Source of the DNA: Minutocellus sp. GHC0000111 | Taxonomy: Eukaryota | Assembly: GCA_977018835.1 (NCBI GenBank) | Contig: OZ361260.1 | Span: 434,001 to 498,000, forward strand | Direction of reading: 5' to 3' | DNA: 64,000 bases | Shown here: positions 32,446 through 46,063 of the stretch, one piece after another | How the letters are laid out: each line of letters opens with the position of its first letter | Numbering within the stretch: the stretch's first letter is position 1 | The notes under the pieces: generated by a model | What the model saw: only the letters and a program-made list of their open reading frames with translations | What the model was told of the DNA's origin: nothing | Database searches by the model: none | Position numbers and translations under genes: made by a program

Positions 32446-33963
32446 ATGCGACTATCAATCCAAAGACTCCAACAAGACGAGGTCGACCAAGCCGAGGTCG
32501 ATGTCAATGTCCTCCTCGACAAGACGGCTTCTACAAGCACCAGTACAGAGGCGAAGCACCTGGACAATGAATACGTCGAAAAGGACAAAATCATCAAGAA
32601 GAAGCTTGTCATCGATACAGTAGCTGCGTATGCCAAAGATCTTTCGTCTCAGAATCAAGTCCTAGCAAAAATATCAGATGCCCTCGAAGAAAAAGATGAC
32701 GAGCTTCACATCAAGATCATTAGCGGCGGCTACACAAATTACTCCTACAAATTGTACCTCCGAGATCGCCCCGATGTTGCAGTCTTTGCCAAACTGTCGT
32801 TCCCCTACGCGTTGTGGAACAAGGATCCAGATGCTTATCATGACCTCATTCGGACAAACAACGAGCACACCGTTATGAAGAAGATGTCATGTCTCATTAA
32901 GGATCATTCTCCTGTCGCAATGCCTTTCTTCGTTGCCGACGTCAAGCAAGACGATGCCGATATGAAAATTCTTTGCACCGAATGGACGTCAAGAGCAGAC
33001 GAACAATTTGCCATGCAATGGGTAGACGGCAAGATTGACCAACGTGTCCTTCCCAAACTCGCATCGATGCTGGCCGAGACCAACTGTTGTGAAGACCAGG
33101 ACTTTGATGACGACTTCAACAACAACATTCGAGATTGCTGCTATTCCGTCTTTCCAATGCTTCGCGATTTATTCGAGCAGTTGGCTTCAAGCACCGATAA
33201 TACCGACCGAGTTGCTCAGCTAGTCAAGGAAATGGAAAAGGACACATGCTTGGCACTGGTTGATGATTGCGAGCACAATTTCAATGAGCGCCAAGTATTG
33301 ATTCATTCCGATAGCCATGCCTTTAATACGTTGGTCGAAGCAACTGCAGATGACGGCAATGAATTTGGTCCAGATGGTGCATTAGTAGTGGTGGACTGGG
33401 AAATGGCGATGGTGGGGCCTATCGGACGCGACGTCGGTCTCGCATGGACTTGGCCAGTTTCTTGCCTTTTGGCTCACTCGCTTTTGGGGAATCAGGAAGC
33501 CAAGACCAACATCAGCGAGGCAATGGCTCTTTTATGGGACGAATACGCTGACGTTCTTCGTTCCAAGGGCGAGGACGAAGAGTTTCTTCGCACGACCTAT
33601 CGCAATTCCATCGCATGGTTAGGGTGGTTTGTCTTCTATGTTCATTACGTCAATGGTGCTCAGACTGAGTTTCTTCCCATCGAAAATGTGTCCGAAGCCG
33701 ATCGATCAGAGCTCTTTCAGTCAATTGGGGTTGCATCCCTCAAGTTGTTTGATCTTGGGTTTTCAACTCAGGGATATTACGACGATCTTAGCCTCGACGA
33801 GCTGCGAGAGGAAATGGAATTGATCCTTGCCGAGGAGATCGACTATCTAGACCTGATAGCAAAATTTAGGACCAGGAACCCTGATGACTTCAATCGCAAG
33901 TCCAATCTCCGCCTTAGTGCCATCGACGGACGCCGCATCAGTGATGCCAAGATCTATCATTAG
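32446..33963 (+). CDS. APH/choline-kinase-fold phosphotransferase, methylthioribose-kinase-like
   Basis: SGGYTNYSY, VFAK, LIHSDSHAFN, VVVDWEMAMVGPIGRDVG motifs. Confidence 0.75.
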   Translation: MRLSIQRLQQDEVDQAEVDVNVLLDKTASTSTSTEAKHLDNEYVEKDKIIKKKLVIDTVAAYAKDLSSQNQVLAKISDALEEKDDELHIKIISGGYTNYSYKLYLRDRPDVAVFAKLSFPYALWNKDPDAYHDLIRTNNEHTVMKKMSCLIKDHSPVAMPFFVADVKQDDADMKILCTEWTSRADEQFAMQWVDGKIDQRVLPKLASMLAETNCCEDQDFDDDFNNNIRDCCYSVFPMLRDLFEQLASSTDNTDRVAQLVKEMEKDTCLALVDDCEHNFNERQVLIHSDSHAFNTLVEATADDGNEFGPDGALVVVDWEMAMVGPIGRDVGLAWTWPVSCLLAHSLLGNQEAKTNISEAMALLWDEYADVLRSKGEDEEFLRTTYRNSIAWLGWFVFYVHYVNGAQTEFLPIENVSEADRSELFQSIGVASLKLFDLGFSTQGYYDDLSLDELREEMELILAEEIDYLDLIAKFRTRNPDDFNRKSNLRLSAIDGRRISDAKIYH

Positions 33964-34072
33964 AGAAACCGATCTCCTTTAGTATTCATATATTTTATCA
34001 CATGTTGAAAACAATTTATACACGTCAGATTCACCTTATAATCTATATTGACATATGTCTGTTAATTTTAAG

Positions 34073-36883
34073 CTACAGATCGCTCTTGATGGAATTATAT
34101 TTGGCAATCACAAACAGCTTGGCAAAAAAATTGATCACCAAGATCAAAACCAAAGAGCCTCCAAGGATCATGGGCCCGCGCGGATCATCCCACCTACCAG
34201 GTACTCCAGACTTGATTCGATCAGCTCGCCAAAGGAAAACATGCAACGCATAAACGCAAAATCCAAGCGATACGGGAAGTAGAGCCATCGCATACCAATG
34301 CGCCCAGCTTTCCTCGCCCTTTGATGCGAATGCGAGGATACCGGAAGCAATGCTGTACAGGGTAATGCCCTGGTGCAACCAATGCATATACTGCGAATTG
34401 AAAGGGACCAAAATGCGAAGAAAAACCATTAGCAAAAGTAAAATATATGTGCGGCGATGTGAAGCGGATTCGGCATCGACTACTTACCGTGCGTTCATTT
34501 GCGAAAAATACCTTGGGTTCAAGCTTTTGCATGGAGGTTGGTGGAACCACAGACATATGATACGAGTTCTGGTTGGAACAAAAGGGGAAAATCCAGCTGC
34601 AGCAACCATCATCTTCACCGTCGTCGCCGGCCATTTCTTCGTCCTCATCGGCACTATAAATATCGACCTTCTTTTGCTCTTGTTTTGACACAGCTTGCAT
34701 CTTGCCTGCAGCCGCGGCCCTGCGATCTGTTGCTGTTTTACTTCGATCATTATCGAAGGGAAGGAGTTTATCAAACTCCTGATTGGCACCCGTCCCGGCA
34801 CCGGTAGCGTTAACATTTGCCTTGTCATCACCCGTCTGAATCAAGATTCGACCACCACCAGACGCAATGATGAAATCTCGCACCGAAACGTCGTCCACCC
34901 AGTATGGCACGCAGCGAACATCTTCCGGCAGCAAGACGGAACAGCCGTGAATGTACTCGGAAAATTTGTGAACCTCATAAAGCATGCCAGAGTTCTGTAG
35001 GTCTGTCACCCAACGAGGAGGCACAAGATTGCCATCCTTCAGCTCGAGCTTGATTTCCAACACAGCGTGCGGAAAGCGAGTTATCTCGGTATGATTAATC
35101 ATTTTGCTTGGGTCTCGGTGCCATCGCTTGCCGCCCCTAGTATCGTAACCTCGCTCGCTGATCATGCATAGATTGGTATCGAGGCTTACACGGACCGATT
35201 CGTCGAAGGGGATCTGGAAGGCCGTGCGCATGTACTGAGTTCGCATGGTCGGCACAAGCTGTTTGGTTTGCAGGACCTGACAAATTTCGGATGCCAATAA
35301 TTCCCATTCGTCGGCCTCCTCTTGGCTAGTGCCCTTTTCGAGCATCTCCCGCTTCTTTTGAGCGATGGGAAAAGTCCCCCCGAGCACATCTTTCACCTCG
35401 TTTTCCTTGACCTGTAATGGTCAAGTGCCATCATGAGTGTGGCGTCGTGATAAATAATGTGATGTGAGCTTTGAGGAAAAGAAAAGAAAGCACGAAGGCA
35501 AAGTGAAGACAACGAATCAATAATGCCATATGTGAAAAGCCACAACATGACGTACCACAAATCGTTCCTTGACGCTGGTTTCGCCTGTCCATCGATCTCG
35601 ATGGGTCTTGCGCTCGACAAAGACAACGTCCGGGTCTCCACCTCCATACCACCGCAGACGAAGGGCGATGGCACCCGGCGACTTGTCCAGCCGATTGTGA
35701 TAGAGCTCCAACTGGTCGTTGTCGAGATATACCGAATTGGTTAGCTGACTGTCAGATTCGCCGGTGGAAGTTTTCTGAAGAAAGACGGGCAAATGGCGAA
35801 GGATGGCATACTTGACCCTGGAAATGTCCTCCGTCTTGATCCAGTATTTGGCGGTGGATCGGAGGAACGATTGGCTGGCATCCGGAGCCTCCTCGGCGGC
35901 CGTAGTGTCGTTTCGCAGAGCGGAGTAGATGGAGGACAACCGAACGACGACATCGGAATAGTCCCCACGTACCCACGCCTGGGAATGCATACGCGAGACG
36001 TAGAACGTCTTGCAGGGGTTGCCCGGGCAGTACTTGTCGAGCTTCTTGAGAATTTTGTGAAACCCCATAAAGTTGAGGTTGACGTACTTTTCCAGCGTCA
36101 AGAACTTCTCCGCAATGGCATCCGTCTCGGCCTGCATCCGATCGACCGTGGCCTGATCGTTGAGGTCGGCCCCCTCCAGCTCGTCCTCGACCTGTTGAAT
36201 CTGAGCCCGCAGGTCGGTCACCACCTTGAGAGTGTGCGCCTCCACCTTGGTCAGCTCGGAATCCATCTTGGAGAAGAAGTTCTCGTCGGTAATCTCGGCC
36301 GACGACATGGTCGGCAGACCCCGGGTGTTGGTCGGCGGTGGGGCCGAGATGGACACCGCCCGAGATACCTGATCGGCACTGTTGATTGAAAAGTGTGTTG
36401 AATATGGCAACAAGGAAGCAACAGGGTATTAAATTCATGCTGCGTTCATCAACTCCTGCAGCGTGGAGGAAAATATCGTGCCAGCGTCTTCGCGATTGCG
36501 GACCGCATCATGCCTCAAGCCACTTCATGCCCATGGTATCGCTCGACCAGCCCGAACTGCTCCCCATAAGCAACGTGGATTCCACCATTGTTGCATATCT
36601 ATTGCCATGAGGACGCTCTTTGGTATCCCACCCTCTTCAGCGACATGCATGGACCAAGATTCGACCGGATTCGATTCGGATTCGCCACTCATCTGAAGCC
36701 CCCCGATGCCACCGACCCGAAGTCGGGACTATGCCAAAAGATGCATACGCTTCGGCTTGCTTACCTCGCCGGGGCCTTGCTGGACAGCTGCCGGATGATG
36801 TCATCGAGCTCCCCGTAGGCCAGATACGGCTCCGGGCCGTACTCCGGGGCGATGTTCTCCGTCAGATGCTGCTTGTACTTCAC
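34073..36883 (-). CDS. VTC4: Vacuolar polyphosphate polymerase VTC4 (SPX-VTC-DUF202), 4 exons; start codon appears as GTG
   Basis: SPX (KYKQHL...Y.ELD; LNFMGFHKILKK), VTC (SVYLDN, LRLRWYG, FVERKTH, SVKERF, RTAFQ, VRVSLD, HAVLEIKL), KLEPKVFFANERT|YMHWL and 3 TM helices. Introns 36379-36764, 35412-35555, 34391-34487. Confidence 0.92.
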
Positions 36884-37783
36884 GGTGGAGATTTGTGAGA
36901 TGAGAGAACAGAGATCAAGAGAACGCAAGCACGACGATGAGAATAGAGTGTTCTGAAGTTGCCCTTTTTTCGTAAAATTCGCAGATGATGACGCAAATTT
37001 CCTTTTCCAAGAGAACACAACACTCCAATCTGCCGTCCACCACCATTGCCAGCCGCCAACTCATTTCATCCAAGCCCTGCCAGCAGCAAGATACCTTCAC
37101 ATCGCATGAACTGCTCCATTAGCATTTCGTGCTTAGATCAACTGGCATAGACTGCAAATGTGTGTCATTCGAAACACACATGTACCCCAATGACATGATT
37201 CCTAATTGGGCATGGGTCAGCGATGCAGAGCAATGACAGCAGGCAATCCGCATGAATTAGGCCGAGTAATCCTAAACGCGAACTTGATCGCATTGGCTGT
37301 AGCTCGCGAAAAGTAGCCACGAGATAACATGATGTAATGCAATGCCGATCAGGCGGCAGGAGGATCGAAAGACAAACGCTGCTCACCCAACTGGAGGATT
37401 CGCCAAACAATGAAGAAACAGTCTTGTGGAGAGCGCAGAGCAACGGTCTGGCGCGCTCTTACAATGTGTGGTTGAGCGAGTTTCGCCGATTGATTGGCAT
37501 CAGTGGTTGGCCACATGGTGCCTTCATTCGACCATCTGAAAGACATTTTTTCGGCCTTGCAAGCAAGCAGGCTTGACTTGATTATTAAATTTTGTCTCCT
37601 AACAAAATCGCAAGTTGCCGCGCGAGCCATAATTCGTGTATGGGCGTCCGTCCGTCGCCATTCTACGTACTACGTACGAAAATTCTACGTACCATGGTAG
37701 ACGAAAGTACGCACGGTACCGGTACTGTGTAACAGACGACCGGAGGAGGAGATGATTACATGTATGTAGATCTAGCAACAAAA

Positions 37784-38806
37784 TCAGCCATCAATCAACA
37801 TACCCTCCTGTAGTATCACTCCCTGCAGCTTTCCTTTTGGGTCGTAACATCTCACAACTGCCGAAGCTTCCTTCGTCTTTGGACAAAGGGCTCCGATCTG
37901 AAATGCCAGCCCCTCCTTGCCAGCATTTGAACTTTCAATATTAACATCGATTTCTTCTCCATCCAACAATCTTACCCATCCCATCAAATCCGAACGGGTA
38001 GGCTTTCCTTCGCAGGAATGTTCTCCATACTCTCCTTCGTTGAATTCTTCATTGACAAGAGATTCCCACTTTGCCCTCTGAAGCATCCACGGTTGGGATG
38101 GGCTGGCCATTTTGCAAATGGTTTCTTTGTGCCAGCATATTTCATGTCCAGGTCCTGCAAACGCTTGCAAATATTTTACTGAAGGCGATTCTGTCATGTC
38201 TACATCTTCCGGTTGACGAAATGGGACACGAGACAATGCAATTGTCGTTCCGCAATTGTTCTCATCATTTGGCTTTAATAATACATGTAGGACGTTGGGA
38301 TCATCTGCCGCAAAGGCAACTCGACACTGCGCCGAAACAAGCAACCTTCGTTTCGGTAACGTCGATGAGAAGGAAATACTTGCCATAAGTTCCACGGCAT
38401 CGCCATCATCAATTTGGACTGGGCCAGCGGAATACGATCCACTGTCAAAGTAAACAAAGCCATCGTCTGCTCTGTTGTGGTATCGCCCCTGCTGATCTCC
38501 AGTATTTTAGTGGATCTCGAAACTACTTACCACAGCTGGCAATGCAATTTCTCTTATTCCCTGCACAGCACCGCCACAACTTCTCATCACCTCCTCCACC
38601 TCTCGAGCTTGATCGGGAATGATTGGACCAAACTGCCACTTTCCGAGTGTTGCGTCGGCAAAGGTATCGAAGCGGGGAGGGGGGCATGATGCAAAGGCCC
38701 TTGCTGCAGGAGCACGCGCAAGAAGAAGGGCGGCCCAGGATGCTACCGATACTGGCAGCGCTGCTGATCGATTGCCAGTGTGAAACATTGCGGTAAGTGA
38801 TCTCAT
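37784..38806 (-). CDS. Probable plastid protein of unknown function; interrupted by TAA 38507-38509 or by a 39/42-nt intron
   Basis: ORFs 38507-38812 and 37784-38395 are in the same frame and linked by YHNRADDGFVYFDSGSYSAGP; signal peptide ending ARA-FAS. Confidence 0.65.
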
Positions 38807-39420
38807 TGCCAACTCGTGAGAAAATATGCCAAAAGATGTGGAGTGCTACGTAGCTAGCTAGCTACGTAGCTAGTAGTGTATGAATACGAGACGATGTTAC
38901 GCCGGACGCTTGAACTGTGGTTTGTGGCTTCTTGGAATTGGAGAGCCGACGATGCCGCTTACGTACGTCGTTTTTGAGCATAATTGATTGAGGATGACCC
39001 ATAGTGTGTACGTCATTTCATCTGCAGCAGGCAATTTCGCCGCCGTGGTCGACGTACCCAATACATGTAGTGCAAATGATGACTGGACTCTCAATAGCAA
39101 GATCAACCTACAAATCATGATAGAAAGTGGCATTTGGGGTTCTGCCCGGCATCTATCTTTGTGTGGCATCTTCCGTGAGAGCGCGCTCGATCAATCATGG
39201 AGAGACGGGCACCGGCGAAGTGAGATTTCGAGATTTATGGCGCGCAACCGCTTTTTCGACGGTGGCTTCGCATCGTCCCCCAAAGCGAAAGCCGCCACGA
39301 CTTGCTTGCATGCGACAATGCTCACAAAAATGAGAACGAACTGGTCAAAAGCAATCAGCTGAGCGCTTGAACACAGAATTAAACTCTCAAAACACCAAGA
39401 AATAAGGGAAAGAAGTAGAC

Positions 39421-40150
39421 ATGTTTGGAATCAAGTCGAAGGTTGCGATCTTGTCGATTGTCGTGGCTGGCACTTTAGGTTGGTCAAACAAGGGAACGCC
39501 AGACGGCTATCCGAATTGTTATGTCGACTATCCCGACGGAGTTGGTGATGGTTACTGCAGTTCCTTTTATCCTGAGCATAATGTCGAAGTGTGTGGTTGG
39601 GATGGAGGGTATGTACTTAGAAAAAAAGAAAATATTGTGCATAAAGTATTGTATACGTCGTGCAACATTCGTCAGTATTGTTTACCAAAAGTCTTCTCTC
39701 ATGCCTTCACATTCTTTCGAACTTGTCGACTTTTCCATCATTTTCTTTTTTGCAAAACTAGAGACTGCGACGAGCTGAACTCTGAGCTCTGGAAGAAGTA
39801 CCCTAATTGCAAGAGCGGAGTCTATCCACCGGACATCGGCGATGGAATTTGCACCGACGTTTTCTATCCCCATTACAATACGAGGTAAGTAGAATAAGCG
39901 AGTTCCATCATAGCCCGAGGTCAACGAGGTTTAGCTTATGCTGACCATCTTCCTGTCTCATTTCTATTTCATACTTAAACATAGAGAGTGTGGGTGGGAA
40001 GGTGGCGATTGCACTCTTATCGATGACTATGACGACGTAATGAAAGACGCGTTTGGAAGCATCTTCGGCCGTTCTGCAGGAGCCGCCCCAAGTCCCTTCC
40101 TTGTCATTGCAATTATCTATGCAACCATTGTGTTCTTCATTGGATTGTAA
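39421..40150 (+). CDS. Small secreted/membrane-anchored protein with two LNR (Notch/Lin-12)-like repeats (3 exons)
   Basis: C...GDGYC...N.EVCGWDGGDC and C...GDGIC...NTRECGWEGGDC after splicing introns 39609-39761 and 39885-39984; signal peptide; hydrophobic C-terminus. Confidence 0.8.
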
Positions 40151-40782
40151 AAAAGTTGAAGGTACGATCGTACTATCTTGGAAACAATGCAAAGAAAGGT
40201 TATGTTATTGTAAAATGCCGAGAGGTGAATATTAAATTGGAGATATCGAATGCGTTCAAAAACAAAAGAAAGTAAAGTGGATTGATAATAATATTGATGA
40301 CGAAAAAATAAAACCGAACAAGCATACTACTGCGCATACAAATGCATACTGCTGCGTCTAATAGTTAGGAAACCAAGGTACAAAGAACCAATCACAACGA
40401 ATGTCAAGAAGTGTATCCACTAAACCGGCCCAGAATGAGTCCCAATTCTGTCGCCGACAGCCCCAAGGAAGCATAATACATGTAATATAGGCGGCCTTGG
40501 CCTCCAACTAATTGGGGGGACAACCGCACAAGATTCAGATATATATTTTCTACGCGCCATGACTAAGCTAATGCCATGCTTTTGTCAGACCAGAATGCTG
40601 CAATTTAGTTTGGATTCAGGACAATAGGTTTTTCTCCAACCTGTCTACATGTAACGTAGGAATTCGAATCTAATTGTTTCTGCAGTTGACGAATACGGTA
40701 TAGGTGGGCCTAGACAGTAGTTTGGTATCAATTAGCAGTCAGATCAATGCAGAAACGTAAGATACGATCACCCTAGTACTTA

Positions 40783-43700
40783 TTAATTATTTGGTTTCTT
40801 CTTCTTTTTCTTCTTGCGCTTTTTCTTCTGTGCGGTACTAGAAGTAGATGCAGCTGTTGATTCCTCTCCATCCGGCAGGCTTGCGTGGCCATTCTCCTCG
40901 GCACTTGCTTCTTCATCTTTGCCTTCTCCACCATCCTCGGCGCCAGCCATTTCAACTGATGACTTGGGTTGCATTGATTCTTGAACATCAGTTTCCTCGT
41001 CTATTCCTTTCGGTATATCGGCGATGCTGTCTGCTGGGTCGAGCGTTGATGGTTCGTCCTCGGGGGTCGAACCCTCTATCTCGATAACGTCCTCGGGAGT
41101 CGAGTCCTCTTGAAGCCTCTCTTCGTCGAGATCGTCGCCATAGCCCAAGTCGCGCAAAGCACGAAGCGCTGCAGCGTCCTCCTCGCTATTTTCATTAGCT
41201 TCGCTTCTTCATCTTCTTCCTGATAATCATCGCAGGCTGGTTCGTCTACGAGGGCCTGCCTGTGATCCTCGGCGTCAACGTGTTCGGTCTCATCCTTGAC
41301 TTTTACCTCGCCCCCTTCCTCCTCCTCTAATGAGTTAAGCCTGTTCAGGTCATCGTTGCTGCTATTACTCGCAGGGCCACCGAGCTTAGACATTCCTTCT
41401 AGTATCGACAACATCTGGGTCGCATCGTCAGATGCCCCCCGGACCCCCATTTTGTCCTCCACACCAAATGCTAATGTGTCGTAGTCGTCGTCATCGTAGG
41501 GATCTGGCGGCTGGTTATTGTACTCGAGCTGTTCCATATCACTGTGATACTTTTCTTCCTCTGTCTCATAAGCCGGGTCTGCTTGCTCTTGACGTTCTAC
41601 CGCCTCTCGATCCATTTCATCGGGTAGACGGTCTACCGAGAGCAGACCCGCAACGACACTGGCGCCGCCTTCTTTATCCTGGGATGTTGCCGATGGTAAG
41701 CCGGCCTCGGTAGGACGCATCAAGACGTGCATGTTTCGGAATCCAGAAGTGAGAGGGAGACGCTGCACCAAGTAGTCGCTGAAGCGGAGAGTATCCATTG
41801 TGGCCTTGGGGTGGTAAGTACGCTCAATTCCAGCTCGTCTCCTCTTGAAAAAGAGGCGAGTTCGGTCGGTAAGAAGAGCAAATACTTGCTTGGCGACAAT
41901 CTGGACTTCTCGTGCCGAAGCTGCGTTCTTTGAAGTAAATGATTGAAGAGCTCGTACCTTTTCGATGCCATCAGTGGCTTCTGCGATCGCCGTAAGAGGC
42001 TGGAATTTTCCAAAAGAAGAGGGTGCGGATAAAGGGGCAACAGAGAACAATTTGGTTGTTAGGGAAACAATATGGAATAAATGAAGCGAATAACAATGTC
42101 TCCTGAATTATCAACCAAAGTTCTTACTTACCCCATGCAGCACCAAATTTTTCAGCAAATGCAAGGCGAGAAGAGGATGGCGCCAATACGCAGCTCTTGT
42201 TTCAGCCATTCGTGCCCAAATCACAGCGATTACTTGTGGTAGAGCATAATTCACTTCACGGCACTCGCTGACAAGACTCTCGACGGCCATTACGACGTTG
42301 CCCTTGAAGGGTTCATTTGAAGTAAGAGCAAGCGCCTTGACTCTGATGGCCTCGGTCTCATCGACGATGATGTGCTGGGGGCAGGAGAGGATTGTTGTGG
42401 ACACCACTCTGCGGATGTTAGCCATGGTAAACTTTAGTCGGTTGATGCGCAGATACTTTTCGCAATACACAAAAAGTGGGATGTGGTGTGGCATCATTTT
42501 GGCTCGCTCGGCTGTGGGACGTTCCAGATCCGCAATGCGACCCCTCACAAAACTCTCAAACATGAGGCTTCGACTCAAGCTGAGACAGACTGCAAACATT
42601 GGAGATGACTCGCGATCGTCCATTTGCTTCTTTCGGAGAAGGAGCTCTTTGCGATCAAGCAAGAGAGAGCCATCCTCGGCCTCGCTAAGGTACATTCCCA
42701 TGTCTCCAAAAATATACAAATAGAAACAGGTGAAAGCAGCCCTAATCTCTTCCTCAGCACGCTCGTTTTCGCATGATCCCTCGGCCTCGACGGCAAAGAA
42801 ACCAGGAAGCAAGCCGACATCCTTTTCCAAGGCTCGGTCGTTTTGAGGCACAGTCATCATTGTGCGATCTCCATGGATGGACATGTCTTCACCGACAGAA
42901 GACACGTCATCAGCATCCTCGCCACCCCTGAAATTCCCCCCTCGCGCTCCCGGAATATTAGTCTGATTCTTCAAGGCAGGATTGCGAGCCTTACGCATCA
43001 CACTTCCCATGAATGCAGCCATATCAGCAGTCTTTTGTTCTTCATCCATGGGTTGGCTTGCAGGTGCTCCACTCGCTGAGCCATTCGCCACACCGTTTCG
43101 GCCATCATCCTTCTTCTTAATACCGAGCATGCCCGTGAGAGGGGTCATTTTGGACATAAATGTGTTTTTGGATCGGACCGAAGTCTTCCCGGATTGATTG
43201 GATACAGTTCCTCCGTCGTCTGATACTGTTCCAGACGAAGACATGACCTCATTCGGAGAAGAACCGACGTTAGGTGCACCGCCGGTACGACCTCCTGTAA
43301 TGCCTCCCCAAACGCTCCGGTCATTCTTCAGGACATCGGCCATATCTTTGGCTAAAAATTCTGCTGGCGAGAAGACATCATCTGCTGTCCGTCCTCTTCG
43401 GACGGGTTTGAGGAGGTCGGGGATTGATGCAGCCGCATTTGGCATGTTGTATGTTCTCATTTCGTTCCAGTCCAAGTTGACGCAGAGCACCGATTGCATC
43501 ATTGGCAGAACGTCGAGGTTAGAAGCAAATTGCTCCAGCAGACCGATTAGGTATGGCGAGTCGCTCGTCAGGTACTTCAGCAAGTGAGGGGGTAGAACGG
43601 GGATCTGCACGTGACGCCAGACCAACAACCCCTGCGCCAGGAGAGCCGACGCCGCTTGGACGCAGGTTGACAGCTTCGAGGCCGATCTAGAAACCAGAAT

Positions 43701-45473
43701 AATGCGGTTCTCGCACAGCAGCGCTGAAAGAAGGCGAAGAGTATGCGGCGCTCCCAGAGAACGGAGCAGGGGCAAAATGGAAGAGTGCAGATCTTCGACT
43801 GTGCAGGTATGTGTTGCCTCATATCCCGGCTGGAGGCTCGGTGGCAGCCGAAGACGGACGGCATCGCCCGAGACAACGAGCCGTCCCAACTGCCCAGTCT
43901 GCGGATCCATATCGTCTACACTGCCGTATCCACCAAACTCCAATCCTGACAGGGCGATGCGGAACAGGCGTTCATTCTGCGCCATGAATATTTTGGCTGA
44001 CTCGGCCGCATTTTGATCGTCTCCACCGACCGAGTAGTTGAGAGTACCGCCGCTGGCAACGATTTCCCGAGCCTCCTGTGCCAATTGTGAATGATGATTG
44101 TGCAACGCATGCAAAAACGTTCGAGCGGGAACCTCATCGGGTGCCAGCGTCGTGTCCGCCCCATCCCGCTCCATGTACAACGCCTCGACGGTCTTGAGGA
44201 GGCCGGAATAGAATCGTTCCCCACCGGTGGCACGGGTGAGCAGTACCATTGCCCGTGCACCACGTCGTCCGACGTCGGACCGGCCTTCGGAATGGGTATG
44301 GGTAGGTAGATAACGCCGGACGTGACCATGGATGCGCGTTCCGTCGGCCAGCTGCAGGGTGAAGGTGTGGCACTGCGGTCGGAAGGACTTGAGGTACATG
44401 TCGTACCGGTTGAGGTTGGCCGAAGAAGGTACCGCCGAGGCCGAGAGGACCGTGTCGGCCTCATCGTAGCTATTGGCATCGGAAGTGTCATAGGCCGAAT
44501 CGGCTCGGCTTGCCATTCCTGTCAGGGTGGACCGTCCACTGCTGGCCATTTGCTGCTGCTGCTTCTGTTGTTGCTCGGCAATCTCGGCGGCATGGAGCTC
44601 ATCATCATGCTCGGGGAAGGCGAAGCGCGCAATCCGAGATATGTTGGACGGATCAAACAGTTCGTCCATCACGGCTCTGGCGGCTGCATCGGTCGCCTCG
44701 GCATGGGCATTGGGTACGCCGGTGGCAGACATGACCGAGGGTGAATCGATCACCCGCGCCCGAGGACATCCCGGCGAGGCGGCCGGGTGGGGCAGATCGA
44801 AGTACAGATCGTACAGCGTGGGAGGAGGAGCCTGGTCGTCGACCGACCCATCGGCACCGGTCCCATCGTCATCGTCGTAGTCCCCGTCCAACTCGGTAAG
44901 CCGCTCGACGTAGTCCTGCGGCTGTGCACCGCTCCGCCACGATTCCTGTGCCATTAGGCCCGGCCTGTTATCGTCGTCGTCGGCTCTGCTGTACGCCGAC
45001 GATCGGTGCGACATGACCGATTTGGTTGCTGGTCCACCGTAGGATCGTCCCGCGTAGGAAATATTGTCGTCATCGGCATAGGATCTGCCATCGGCATAGG
45101 ATCTGCCATCGGCATAGGATCTATTGTCATAATAAGATTGCGCATAGGAAACATCGTCTCCATCACCACCGCCTCTGCCTCCTCCTCGACCATAGTAGGA
45201 CTGCGCGTACGAGACATCGTCTCGGCTGTAGGCGTCGTCGTAGTCATCATCGTAGTCATCGCCGTAGTACGACGACCCGTAGGCCGATCGGCTTCGAGTA
45301 GCGGTGCCGCCGCCGTACGAACTTCGATTGTCGTAAACGCTCCGATCGTACAGGCTGGCGGCACCGTCTCCATCCTCGCTCTCGAGCTGGCTGCTGTACA
45401 CGCTGTAGTTGTCGCCGTAGCTGCGAAAGCTACGGCCGGAATGCGAACGGGACATTCCACCGTATCGGCTCAT
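40783..45473 (-). CDS. DENN-domain Rab GEF with C-terminal ENTH-like domain; intron 42000-42131; frameshift ~41203
   Basis: ARFAFP, HTFTL...G.R.HGHVRR (uDENN); LLCENRII, WRHVQIPVLP, PYLIGL (cDENN); FTCFYLYIFG...SLMFESF (dDENN); IW.RM...WRH.LLALHLLKNLVLHG|P (ENTH-like); acidic tail in shifted frame. Confidence 0.85.
45071..45122 (-). repeat. 18-bp coding tandem repeat (RSYADG x3) in the DENN protein N-terminus
   Basis: CATCGGCATAGGATCTGC repeated about three times. Confidence 0.8.
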
Positions 45474-46063
45474 GGTTGAAAAAGAATTTGATCACCGAAA
45501 GACGCCTTTTAGAGTTGGTCCAATAGACGGCAAGATATCCGCAGCGTTGCTTTCGCTTCTGCTGCCGAGAATTCTTCAATTTCAATTCAATTTCTTATGG
45601 ATGTGGCGGGTGCGCCAACCTTTCGTGGGCTGCAACTCAAACACAAGATGTGCTCGAAATACCGCCTCGCCGACAAAATAAGTCAGAGCCAAGATACCAG
45701 CAGAACCTTTGCTCCAATCTAATGCTCTTCAGTCTAATGCTGGAACAGGGAAGGAATTCCAGGAGGGGAAGCACGCGGTATGCTTATGGTCGAGAGAGTG
45801 GAACAGATGACCGCCTCATCTCATGCGGGGGCAATAATGTTAGAAAAGCCCGAATAATCTCTAAGATAAGAGACCTTTCACTTCGTTCGCTCCAAATTCG
45901 CCGACGGCGAACATGTATGAAGCGACGAGGCCCCCCACGCCGCCCGCGCGTCACTGATGACTCACTCACTCGTGGATGCTTGCTCGCTCGCCTCGAAGAG
46001 TTGCGCGAGACAGGGCGACCATAAAGATTGCATTGGGCACGAGAGCCACCTGACGACGCCAAC

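Noticed and set aside
36379..36764. C/D snoRNA in the long VTC4 first intron (TGATGA near 36450)
   Set aside because: No downstream CTGA D-box or terminal stem before the acceptor
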